Below are positions 12,459 to 24,300 of a stretch of 64,000 nt of DNA, one piece after another (position 1 is the first letter of the stretch; each line of letters begins with the position of its first letter). A program made the position numbers and the translations under genes. Location: positions 215,974 through 279,973 of the forward strand of contig BCKZ01000018.1 of assembly GCA_001600815.1 (NCBI GenBank). Direction: 5' to 3'. Source of the stretch: Alloascoidea hylecoeti (lineage: Eukaryota). The notes beneath the pieces are model-generated. The model searched no databases and was not told the DNA's origin. It worked only from the letters and a program-made list of their open reading frames with translations.

Positions 12459-13580
12459 TTATTTATCCATTTCAATACCATTTAACTGATTATAACTCGT
12501 TGATTTTCTATCCTTATGAGTTCCATAATAAATATATTGACCACAAACATATAAATCCAATCCTAATTGTAAAGTAGCAAATATTACAAAAAGGTATAAA
12601 TCTTCTGTATCTGTAGCACCAAAAACAAGATATAAAATCCTACTAACATCACCAGAAAGCCAACTTCCTAATAAAGTTAATTTAAACCCATCAGCAGTAC
12701 GAGTATGACGAAGTAAAAGAATTTGTGGTAATGGAACAAGTGATTCAAGACATAAACTAATTAAACCCAAAGTATGATTATAACATGGAAATTTTCCAAA
12801 TAATAATTGTAAAAAAAATAAAATTATTGATATATAAATTATTGTTAACCAATAATATTTTTTATTTTGAAAATCCCATTGCCAAAATTTAAATGGTCTT
12901 GAAATATTTGAATCAAATAATTTTATAAAATATTTTGGTATAAATAATATTGTAAACAAAAAAAATTTAGAAAAAATTCTTAAAGTTTTTAAAAATGATG
13001 ATTTATTGTTTAAAAATGTAAATAATGATTTTATATTTGATTTGAAGCTATATTGTTGTTTATTATGATTATGAATTCCTAAAGATTCGGTTTCTTTATG
13101 ATGAGGGCGGAAATGTGAGGAGATTGGGGTCGCTTTCGTTGTAACGGTTGTAGATGATGATGAAGGTGAAGATGAATGCCCCGTTATTCTGTAACGGAGT
13201 TTCAATTGTAATAAGATTGTTTGTACTATGATTTGTATAACTGATTGCCATAATATTGCTGGTTCAAATGGTTCACCGATGTAATAGAAAACTTTAGCCA
13301 AGCTATTCGCCAGACATTATTGTTAGTTCATATGTAAAATTTATTCTTGATAATAATAGTTCTATATTTACCTTGAAAATAAAAGAATCCCACAAATATC
13401 CTGTGAAAACCCAGCAGAAGAACCTGATTTTAAAATATCATAAATTGTGAAACCATATGATGATATTGGAGCTATAATAACACTGAAATCAATTAATCGT
13501 CGAATGGTGTCAATTGAATATAGCCATTCAGGTACATGAAACCTTGAATAGTTAAAAATGGCTATATCCTCTAAATGCAT
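12459..13580 (-). CDS. ANY1: PQ-loop membrane protein Any1/Cfs1 (YMR010W-like), 2 exons
   Basis: GFSQDICGILLFSSLAKVFYYIGEPFE, ESLVPLPQI and LGSWLSGD motifs. Exon 1 13580-13372, intron 13371-13303 (GTAAAT...AACTAAC...TAG), exon 2 13302-12459. Confidence 0.85.
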
Positions 13581-14068
13581 TTGGTTTATAAATCTTTTTT
13601 TTTATTTATATACGAAAATGCATTTGTATATTGATGTTTTTGAGTTACTGAGTTGGAAATTTTGGAATAATTTTTGTTTTTGAGTTCAAAACCTTGGAGT
13701 GGCCTTGTTTTGAGTTAAAAGTTGGGGGGAAGGAGCTCCAGAAACTCTTAAATAACTTATCAAATTATAATTTGATCAAATTCTGCTGTTTCACTAAATA
13801 TAGAAACACATTTTATTAATGCAATACTGGTATTTTTTTTCGGTCCGTTCAACGTTCCGAATTTAATGTGGGCCATAACGATCGCGAGGATTCTCGAGCA
13901 CGTTTACGCCTGTTACTGTTACAAATGGTACGGTTCTATAATTATATCAATTGTGGAATAAATGGTGAAATTGTTATAAATATAATCCAAGTATCTATAT
14001 AGAATGCTCATACATGTACATCTCGTTATTCTAAATTGTGAATTTCCGCAATTGTTCGTTTTTATGTT

Positions 14069-15283
14069 TCACTGTACTTTCTTTTTATTTCCATCAACAA
14101 CAGCTTTCTTCTGAGATGACGCATATGAATATAAAAGAGCGCTTCCAAAAACCAACGTTGTTCCACAAATTGCTCCGGCTGAAAGTTCATTTCCAAACAT
14201 AATCATACTAATTATCAAACTTGTGAATTTTCGTAGATTAAGTATAATTGTAACTGTTAAAGCGCTGGTATTACCTGCTAACATATTAACCCCTCTAACA
14301 CAAAAATATTGAGTAATTCCATTTAAAATAAGTAAAAAAAACTGATAAGAAATTTGAAAACTTGTATTAATAAATGGTAATTGAATAATTAATGGTCTTC
14401 CTGTAAACCAAATATCTTTAAATTGACTTATTATTGTTGAAGTCATTGGTAAAAAAAATGGTAATGCTAAAAAATGTGTATAAAATAATTGTTCTTTCCA
14501 ATGTTTACCATATTTTTGAAATGTAGTTTCAGAATAAACTCCCATTAATGCTGATAATATAGCTGCAATAAATAAAATAAAAATTCCAAATATAAATTTT
14601 AAATAATCTGATTTTTCAGTTTCTTCATCTATCAATGAACTTGTAATTGAACTACTATTATTAGGTGATTGATTTGCTATAGTTGCTAATATAACACCAA
14701 TACTCAATATCGTTGCAGATGTTATTTGTAATTTATTATATCTTCTTCCAAAACAATATCCGACAAGCATTGTCGTTACAGTTCCTGATGATCTAAAAAT
14801 AATATGGACAGGAATCGAAATTTTGAAAATCCAAACATAATTATTCAAAACTGAAACAAGAAAGAATAAAACAACAGCAACTAATGATCTTTTAATTGGA
14901 ACTTTTGGTATTGGTAAGAATAAATGTTTAATTGGTTCATTTCTTAAATCAAAAAATGATAGATAACCTTCTAAAGCAACGACTAAGAATTGAAAAAATG
15001 TAATCGCAGTACCAGAGTGTGGTGTCTCACTATATAATTTGAATAATCATTAGTACTTCCTCCATATGTATGGTATAAATAAGACCATCAATACTTACGA
15101 TATTATTGATTCTAGTGTGAAAACATTTGAACAACATCCTCCAAAAATTAACCCTAGAATCATTAAACATTGGGAAATTGTTATCTGAGTAGCAGCTGCT
15201 ACAATAGTTTTCGTCTTTGATGATAACGCTGAATTCGTATCGATATCATGTTGAACTATTTTGTTGGATTCTTTTTTTTCCAT
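14069..15283 (-). CDS. YEA4: UDP-N-acetylglucosamine transporter (Yea4/SLC35B4), 2 exons
   Basis: LIFGGCCSNVFTLE, ISIPVHIIFRS, TQYFCVRGVN, LNLRKFTSL. Exon 1 15283-15099, intron 15098-15030 (GTAAGT...TACTAAT...TAG), exon 2 15029-14069. Confidence 0.92.
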
Positions 15284-16009
15284 TTTCAAAAAAACTTTAT
15301 ACTATAATCGATCAGTACTATTTTATGAATTCAAATTAAAATGAGCTCGAGAAAAAATGTAATAGCGAATGTTCAGACAGAATGTTTATAAATATATTGT
15401 TCAAGGAGAATCAAGGAGAATGGAGTGTAGTAATAGTTAAAATTTTATTGTTATATGTTCCGCCCTGTGATTTGCAACTTTTATACCTAAAGTAAATTTC
15501 AATAGCAAAATTTTGTTTCAGTTACAAAAACCTTTCTTATACTTAGAAATATCACACCAATTATAACGAATTTTTCTTTTATTAATGATTTGTTAAATCA
15601 AGGAACTCCAATATTAAGAATTATTGAGAATTCTACGAACATTTGAAAGTTTATTTACAATATCAGCATATATCTTGCAATTTCAAAAATAAGAATAACA
15701 CCCTTACACTTGTATACCATAAGGCTCAAAGATTAAATAGTGAAATTTAAAATCATTAAAATGATATATGACCAACAATATAATTATAAAATCATCATCT
15801 TCATGTTTACTTAACAAAAGTTTTATAATTAGTACTTTCAGATAAGTCTAGTTATAACTTATGAGTCTTAATGGTGGAACATAAAATGAAAACGCACAAC
15901 CAATATGTCAAATAAAATAGAAAAACCTTAGCCATAAGCTTGGCATTTTTCACCTTTAATTTATAAACACTACCTTTTAAACGTTTATCAATTTTCAAAA
16001 GTAATTTAA

Positions 16010-16867
16010 TTAAATTGGATAAATAGCCTTCTCAATAATTTCCTTTACATAAGGATATAAATATGACTCTCCATACTTTTCAATTAAATTTTTTTCATCA
16101 ATTTCATCTGAATTAATAACACCATTATCTATTTTTCTTTGTATTTTATTATTATTTTCTATTAATAAAGTAAATTTAGAATCAATAGGAATTTTACCTA
16201 AAAATGGTATATTATATTCATTTGCAAAAATTTGTCCACCACCAGATGAAAAAATATCAGAAAATTCTCCACAACATGGACATGTATAACCAGACATATT
16301 TTCAACAACTCCTAATATTTTAAAATTTACTTTTTTACAAAAGTTTAGTTCTTTTTTAACATCAATAATAGATACTTTTTGAGGAGTTGTTACTAATATT
16401 GCACCATCAGGATTACACATTTTTAAACCTTCTGCAAGACTAATATGTTCATCTCCAGTTCCAGGTGGTGTATCAATTAAAAGATAATCTAATTCTCCCC
16501 AAACAACAGTTTTTAAAAATTGTGAAATTACACCAGTTTTTTTAGGTCCTCTCCATATTACTGAATCACCACGATCTGCTAATAAAAATCCTAAACTCAT
16601 AACTCCAAGTTTTTTCTCTTTATCAACATAAACAGGAACCCATCCTCTTGTTGATTGATGAACCTTTTTATTTTCTAAACCAAACATTCTAGGTAATGAT
16701 GGACCTGTTAGATCAAGATCCAATACACCTACTCTAAAACCTTTTCTAACCAATGTTAATGCTGTTTGTGTTGTAACTGATGATTTTCCAACACCTCCTT
16801 TACCAGATAAAATCAAAATTATATGTTTTACATCTTTTAAAGATGGTGGTATTTCCGTTTTATTCAT
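16010..16867 (-). CDS. CFD1: Cytosolic Fe-S cluster assembly P-loop NTPase Cfd1
   Basis: [32 protein letters not shown]; lacks the N-terminal Cys cluster of Nbp35. Confidence 0.95.
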   Translation of the reverse strand: MNKTEIPPSLKDVKHIILILSGKGGVGKSSVTTQTALTLVRKGFRVGVLDLDLTGPSLPRMFGLENKKVHQSTRGWVPVYVDKEKKLGVMSLGFLLADRGDSVIWRGPKKTGVISQFLKTVVWGELDYLLIDTPPGTGDEHISLAEGLKMCNPDGAILVTTPQKVSIIDVKKELNFCKKVNFKILGVVENMSGYTCPCCGEFSDIFSSGGGQIFANEYNIPFLGKIPIDSKFTLLIENNNKIQRKIDNGVINSDEIDEKNLIEKYGESYLYPYVKEIIEKAIYPI

Positions 16868-17363
16868 TATTTAAAATGATTTATAATAGGATGACAAATT
16901 CTTATCTATATAAATTGGGTGCATGGGTGTATATTTAGCAAGACTCAATCCTATAGAGCCCTTTTTTTGCCGAGGAGTGTGATCGTCCTTTAGAACTTTC
17001 CGTATCTCAGGTTTCATCTACATCCCTATCTGGTGTTGTAGGTGATATAGTACCCAGTGGGTAAATACTGATATCGATGAAATTTCGTCATTAGTTGAAT
17101 ATAGATCCTATAGCTGGGGTTAGGTAAAACGAGAATGTAATATTTCATCCGTATTCCTTATAACTGGTTCTCTACGAGCATACTTTGAAATACTGCAGCT
17201 GTCAGGAGCCATTAGTTAACAACAAGGAAGTAGATACCTTCATTGAACCCTTCAAAGGCAAGGAAATCAGCTAGCTATTGAATCTTAATCATTTTATTGA
17301 GAGACTAAGTAAAATAGATATTATAATAAATAGAAGGATGTAATTTTCATACGTCATCAAAAT

Positions 17364-17447
17364 GATGCGGTGGCTCAATGGTAGAGCTTTCGACTCCAGC
17401 TGCTGGTTGTAATCGAAGGGTTGCAGGTTCAATTCCTGTCCGTGTCA
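17364..17447 (+). tRNA. tRNA-Trp(CCA) with 12-nt intron
   Basis: GATGCGG-TG-GCTC AATGGTA GAGC-T-TTCGA CTCCAG[CTGCTGGTTGTA]A TCGAA-GGGTT-GCAGG TTCAATT CCTGT-CCGTGTC-A, followed by an oligo-T terminator. Confidence 0.97.
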
Positions 17448-17578
17448 TTTTTTTCCTTTCTCTAAAGAATTTCTTTTTATTCCCTTGAATCTCACCCTTC
17501 CTCCATAATCGAATTCCATAAATAAAATAAATGCTAGAAAGTATTAAGATTGTATGAACACTATAGCGCTAGCTAAAG

Positions 17579-17742
17579 TACTTTACGTAAATATTGACCA
17601 CTTTTTGACTTATATATTCGCCCACATTATGCATAAATATTCGGCCACTCGGTAATACGAGGCTTAATTGGGCTACATAGTAAACTCTCATATAAACAAA
17701 CAGGTCATGCAGTCACTCGGTGGTAGATATTTACGCAAAGTA
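17579..17742. mobile_element. MITE (160 bp) with imperfect ~21-bp TIRs and TA flanks, Tc1/mariner-like
   Basis: Left end TA|CTTTACGTAAATATTGACCAC; right end reverse-complemented TA|CTTTGCGTAAATATCTACCAC. Internal repeats TAwATATTCGsCCAC. Confidence 0.65.
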
Positions 17743-17861
17743 CAGTATATTAATAAGAAGAAACTATACTATGTCGAAAACTATACCGGTATATATAGGG
17801 ATTGTTAAGGCATATTAATATTGATCAATCTCTCCAGATTGATTACCAGCGTTTATGAATC

Positions 17862-18650
17862 TTTTTTTTTGAATATATACCACTTTCTCGGGTTTTTTGA
17901 CAATATATTCCAATCACTTCATTAAGCGGTTGTGGTGGTATTGCGAAATATCTGATATTTCTTCGCATTCCTTATATTTGGCTTTTTATTTTTTATGTAT
18001 TATGCATATCAATTCTTTTACTCCTACTCCTACTCCATCCTGATATTTTTTTCTTCAGTATTTTTATTGTATACATTCATCAAATATATTAGTTATCATT
18101 TTCATTTTCCTTGCATAGACTACATAAAATTGATTTGTCCCCCAATATTTTGTAGTCCTATTATGATGAAGCATATGTATAACATATCCTGAGCTAGACA
18201 GATGAATCCATTGGGTTTCCTCTGGGTTCTGTTTGTATTCTTTTGTGATATGTTTCCTCCATTTATTCCAATCTTCTTTCACTATTTAAGGATACTTATT
18301 TATCCAGTTATATGGGTTTAATACAAATTTTGGCTTTCCATACATTTTTGTGCTTATAGATTGAGTTGTTGGATTTTATTCTTTTCAAAATATTTTGATA
18401 ATTAGTTTTTCTGTAGACTCTTTCATTAATGGCCTTAACTGATCCTTTGTTAGTACCTCTTGAATCTCCTTTTTTATATTTATATCTAGTTTGGTCGTAT
18501 GTCTAGTTATATTTTTCCAGCCCATTAAGTAACTTAGTAACTTTTATTTGCATTTATGTTTTTCCTTCTAAAGACAATTCAAATTTGAGTGTTATATTGT
18601 TTATGGAGGTAAAATATTGACCCTATGAAGGTGAAACTTTATATCTGTTC
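17862..18650 (-). mobile_element. L1-clade (Zorro-like) non-LTR retrotransposon ORF2 3' remnant
   Basis: Broken frames ...EDWNKWRKHITKEYKQNPEETQWIHL... then ILCSLCKENE / ITNIFDEC, a degenerate CX2C..HX4C zinc knuckle of LINE ORF2 ends. An A9 tract at 17870-17862 is a possible poly(A) tail. Confidence 0.6.
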
Positions 18651-19013
18651 TTTCTGAATTTTGTATATTTCCAATCACAGCTTTTTTGGCCGTTACGCCA
18701 ATAAAGGTAACCCAACTGTGAATCACTGAGGAAGAGGGAAACTTTTTAGCTGAAGTTACTAACCTAAGCGCTTCATTGTTAGTTTAAAAAATCCATCGAT
18801 GAAAAAATAGAGAAAAAATTAAACCAAAAAGATTTGCCGAATTCACCTAATTTTCAATAGAAGTAGATTTAATATTATAGTTGACGGAAACAGCATGGAA
18901 ATGTTTATTTCTTACTCAGAGGAGACATTTGGGACCTTGGAGGAAGTAGCTTCATGTGAGTTTGAACTTACAACCGGTGAATTCATGATCTTGATAACCA
19001 GAATATATGATTC

Positions 19014-19169
19014 AATCTTGAACCCATCAAAACGGAAATGACAGGTGATCTAATAACATATAGACTATATATGAGTTAGAACTCCCATCGTAAAAGTTTC
19101 CCAAGCATTCCAATATTTCTTATATGTTATAAGATCACCTGTCATTCCCGTTTTAATGAGTTCAAGATT
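19014..19169. repeat. Inverted repeat, 49-bp arms (45/49 match), 58-nt loop
   Basis: 19014-19062 is the reverse complement of 19121-19169 with four mismatches. Confidence 0.92.
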
Positions 19170-19306
19170 CTCACTTTTGGATTCTTTGGACCCCAAAAGT
19201 CTTCGGTAACAAGACTGTTTTCAAAAGCAGCCTCATTATTAACGTTATCAAAAGTCCCATCTACATAGGATAAGTACAATTCGGTTCGATTTTTATCGAT
19301 TTCTTT

Positions 19307-19748
19307 ATCGATTCCTTCTTTGTTCAATAATTTATTTGTTTGACACGCTTTTATAAGATTATTCAAATGGTTGTTATCTGATAATGCATCTGTTTCCTTA
19401 ATTTTAATTTTAAATCTCAGTTTTTCCAACATTGGATTTTCGAGACCGTAATAGCAGCATAAGATAGGTTGGTGTACTTTTTTTTTGTTTGTATATATAT
19501 ATTCTCTTATTAGTTATTTATTGATTAATTTGAAAATGTTTCAGCAAAAGGAAACGTTGTTATAGGCTTATCAATTTAATTGTTCCTTTCTATTTTTTTT
19601 TATTTCATCGCAGGGCCTCAAAAATCAAAAAACTGAGATTTAAAATTAAAATTAAGGAAACAGATGCATTATCAGATAACAACCATTTGAATAATCTTAT
19701 AAAAGCGTGTCAAACAAATAAATTATTGAGAAAAAAGAAGGAATCGAT
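19307..19748. repeat. Inverted repeat, 102-bp perfect arms plus 15-bp extension, 202-nt spacer
   Basis: 19324-19425 is the exact reverse complement of 19628-19729; 19307-19321 pairs with 19734-19748. Confidence 0.95.
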
Positions 19749-20001
19749 TTCTACCGAATAGCTTTTTTTTTTTTTTTTAACTTTTCATATATTTTCCAAT
19801 TAAATTATATAACTAGAAACTATGTAAATTCTGAGGAAATCTCTACTATATATAGTGAAATAAAAACCTCTCTTTCTATTCTTCTTATTTTTGTGTATTC
19901 TTGACACTCTTCTTTCTTCCCTTCTTATGAACCTAGACCAGCTTGGAAAATCCTATTATATAATACCACATATAATGCAGAAACCATACACCTATGGAAA
20001 T

Positions 20002-20085
20002 GATGCGGTGGCTCAATGGTAGAGCTTTCGACTCCAGCTGTTGGTTGTAATCGAAGGGTTGCAGGTTCAATTCCTGTCCGTGTCA
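20002..20085 (+). tRNA. tRNA-Trp(CCA) with 12-nt intron, second copy
   Basis: Identical to 17364-17447 except for one intron base (CTGTTGGTTGTA). No T-run immediately downstream; T4 at 20092, T5 at 20108. Confidence 0.95.
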
Positions 20086-20250
20086 GTCTCCTTTTGTTCT
20101 TCGGATCTTTTTATGAAATTGTAAAAATTCTTTTTGGGTGTATCGCCGAATCTGAGAAGCTCATTGAAGTTGTTTTTAGCATAGAGAGGGTTTTAGTAAA
20201 GTTGTTGAACAGTGCACATTCTTCGTCCATAATAGGATTTCCCTTCCGTC
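20086..20250 (-). mobile_element. Probable LINE ORF2 internal fragment abutting the tRNA 3' end
   Basis: Minus frame NNFNELLRFGDTPKKNFYNFIKRSEEQKE resembles the GD.nTK.F...+K linker between endonuclease and RT in L1-clade ORF2. Confidence 0.45.
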
Positions 20251-21356
20251 ACCCTATTAGGTATAAAAAAAATTAAAAAAATTCTGTCGAAGTCTTGGCT
20301 GCAACACCAGGTCGAGAGTCTCCACAAGAAGTTGTCAAGATAGGCTTCCCTGTCGAACGCACAAGAGAAAACAAAAAAGAAATAGGAAAAATAATTGATC
20401 CTCGACATCACCAGAGGAGGATGATGTTATGAACATAATCGATTGGGCAGACGCAAAAAAAAAAAAAAAGAATATTCAAACATTAATATTGTTTCATCAA
20501 ATAAATATTCGATTGCTGCTAATCAATCGGACGATGAAAGTCCATCCGATGAAGAAGAATGAGAATAAACGAAAATTTCACGTTGGATGAAAATCCAATT
20601 GAAGACTTGCGATACAAAAAGAAAAATATTGCTTAATATATATATAATAACGATCAGTGAGTCTATGACAATTGACATACGTATTTTTGCCTGTAAAAGT
20701 AATTAGAATTCATAGCAAATAGTTTAATTTAGACCCTTTAATGCCACTTGAAAAAAAAAGTAAAAAAGCGACCGCTTAAACCACGCTGTTGAACAAATGC
20801 TCCTTCTTCGTCTATAATCGGATCCCTCCTATAAACCCGACCATGTTAACAAAGAAATGGAGGTCTTAAGGAAAATTCAAATCCATAGACGTTCCTGTTC
20901 GAATTCTATTGAATTGTCAACGGATTCAAAATCTTTGATACATGTAGCAAACGGGGAACGGCGAAAGCTACGTACTCCTCAGATTCAAATAAATAGTATT
21001 ACAAACATCAAGGTAAAATAAAGAAAAATAAATTTAATCGAAGTATAAACTATACGTAAGTTTGAGAGACCGGTACATGATGTAGTACTTCTAACCTTCT
21101 CAGAAAGTCATACACTTATGAAGCTCGAACATGAGTAGACCGGTTTCACATAATTGAATTGTTAAATTTTATACAAGAATTTCCGTAGCTTAGCATTAAT
21201 CTATATATTATTAATCTACTAATATTAGTAATATTTCTTAGTTTAGAAAAGTAAGGCAATGTATCAGCATGTATTATATGGGGCTTATAGTTAATGATAA
21301 GCATTAATTTATAATAAAGAAGCTTAAGTAGCCACTTGAATCAAGCATGAAAATAA

Positions 21357-24300
21357 TTAATCAAACTTTCCAGCAGCTTGAGATGAGGTAGTTCCCAATA
21401 ACCCTAAACCATGAAGTTTTCTTCTATTAAAATCTTTAACTGTTCTCCATCTTCGATAAATAAAAAATGTTATAAGTAAACCAATAAAGACCATTATACC
21501 AACTGAGTGATTAGTAGTACCATAACGATAAGCTTCTTTTATTGATTTTTGATAACTTGTATATGCATAACCCAATTTTTTATTTGGACGATATGCTTTT
21601 TTAGCTTTTAATTTAGGTGTTTTTTCAAAATTTGCATCTTTACCAAAGATGATATATTTTAAATCATCAGTTATATCTTTTGGATCTAATGATAAACGTT
21701 TCCCATCAATGGTTGTATCCCAATACTTACTACTTTTTTTATCGATAATTAAAACTTTACCAATTAAATTTGAAGCTCTTGAACTACCCCAACCCATTAA
21801 TTTAAGATATTGTTGCCAAACAACACCATTAATTGAACCAAATTGAACATTTTTATAATCAGGAATTTTTAAAGGAGTTGTACGAATTTTCTGTTCAAGA
21901 TTTGGATCAGTACTTGATTTTGCATTTTCAATTTTTAAATCTTTTTCATTTCTTAATTTTAATAATTTTGATAATATTATTTTATCTTTTTCAATTTTAA
22001 AATTATTATAAGAAGACTTTAAATTATTAATTGTTGATGAAAAAGTTTCAGTATCAGGTTTCATAATTGATAATACAAAATAATCATATTTTGAATCTTT
22101 ATCATTTAATAACCAATAAGTTTTATATGGTGTAAAATCAGCAATCATTGAACCAATATTTTTTAAAATCCAATTTTTAACAATTGTTAAATCTCTAATA
22201 TCATTTGTACCAGAATTTATAAATTTTTCAACTAATTTTGAACCTTGTTTAAAATTTAATAGTGTTGGTAATGATAAAAGTTTTTCATTTGATTTTAATT
22301 TTTCATCAATTTTATTAAATTTCAATTCATTTCTTACAGATTCTTCACCTTCATTAATAAAATTTAAAATTTCTTTATCTTTTGATTTATAAAGATATGT
22401 ATTAAAAGGATTCGTTATAATTGTTTCAAAAAGATGAGGTAATATATCAAAATCTTCAGAAACACTTGATTTTTCATCATAATAATAAACAAATATTGAT
22501 TTACCTTCTTTTGATGATGGACCTAATAATGATTTTAATTTTGATAAATCAATTTCTTTCGTTTCATAATTTTCAACAATTTGTGTACCATATTGATATA
22601 AATCACTATATTTTAAAGAATCTGTATATTCAATTACTGAACCATGAGCAATTGTAAGAATTCTAACCATTCTTATTTTACTATTATATATACTACCTGA
22701 TTGTTTATTAACAACACTTCCAATTAATTTTGAACAAATTGATTCATGACTATGACAATTAAGATGGCCAATTGTTAATTTTTCATTACCCATTGAATTT
22801 GAAAATTTATTCCAAATTTTAAAATCAATATCACATTCAGGACATGAATTATCATTTTCATCATCATTTTTTGGCCATAAAGAAATCATTATTGGTGTTT
22901 TTAAATTTTTTAATGTTAATGAATCAATTATAAATTTATCATCAATTTGTTTACTTGGATTATCATTTGAACTTGAAGTTGGTGTATCACCTTTTAAATC
23001 GTCTTCTAATCTTAACATATCAAAAATATTTCCTTCAGGTTGTTGTTCATATTCACCTTTAATATATTTATGACCAACTAATTTAACCCATTCAACAATT
23101 TCATTCGATTTCATATAATCATTTGGATATTCAGCTAATACTGAATTTCCAGTTGATGTTGTTATATTTGGATGATAAACTACTAAAGTTGGATATCCAT
23201 CAATACCTTCTCTACTACATAAATCACCATTTTCAAAACAATTAACAGTTTCCATAAATATACCTAATCTTTCATCTTCTTTTTCTGAATGTAATTGATT
23301 ATAAGCTTTTTTCCAAATTGGAGCTTGTTCAATACAATGTGAACAATATGGTGAATAAAATTTGATAAATCGAAGATTTTCTGTTATTGATTTATCAAAA
23401 GTTTCAATTGTTAAAGATGGTGGAATTTCAATTTCTTGCTTATTATTTTCATCTGATCCAAATGAAGATTTATCATCAGTTCCTTTAGATTTATCATCCT
23501 TTTTGGAATCAGAAGTATCATGCTTATTGGTATCTGAACCAAATGAAGATTTATCATCAATTCCTTTAGAATTAGATTCCTTATCATCCTTAGTGGAATC
23601 AGTAGTCTCTTGCTTACTAGTATCTGCTCCAAATGAAGATTTATCATCAATTCCTTTAGATTTAGATTTACCATCCTTTGTGGAATCAGAAATCTCTTGG
23701 TTGCTAGTATCTGATCCAAATGAAGATTTATCATCAATTCCTTTAGATTCGGATTCATTATAATCTTCTGTAGAATCAGAAATCTCTTGGTTGCTAGTAT
23801 CTGATCCAAATGAAGATTTATCATCAATTCCCTTGAGATCTGATTTTTCATTTTCAAATTCAGCATCCTTAGATTTATCAGATTTCAAAGTCTCTTCTTT
23901 GTTCGTAGATTCTTTATCAATAGTAGTTATATCCTTTACTTTTTTATCATTAGTTTCAACTTCTTCAGAAGAAGTAATATTCTGATCATCAATTCCAATT
24001 TCTTCTAAAATCCAATTTCTAACATTATCATAATTTTTTTCCTTTGTTTTTGGAAATGATGAAATTTTATTTGATATACCTAAACTTTCATTAAATTTAT
24101 AAATAAAAAGTTCAGGCATTGATTTAACACCTTCTTTTAAACATAAATCACCTTGTTCAACACAATTTAAACTTTTAAAAACAGTTTTATGAGTTGTTTC
24201 CCAATTATGATCAAAAGATTTTATAATTTTCATCCAATCTGGTGAAAATGCAACACAATGAGGACAATATGGTGAAAATAATTTTATAACTGAATATTTA

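Noticed and set aside
17364..20085. tRNA-Trp variants as UGA-recoding tRNAs
   Set aside because: Normal CCA anticodon and 5-bp anticodon stem; TGA terminates NMT1, GPP1 and YEA4 normally.
20016..20276. 86-aa ORF from the track
   Set aside because: Overlaps the tRNA gene and the antisense of a relic; spurious.
23450..23840. CRISPR-like repeat-spacer pattern
   Set aside because: In-frame coding repeat in a eukaryotic gene; the spacers are homologous to each other.
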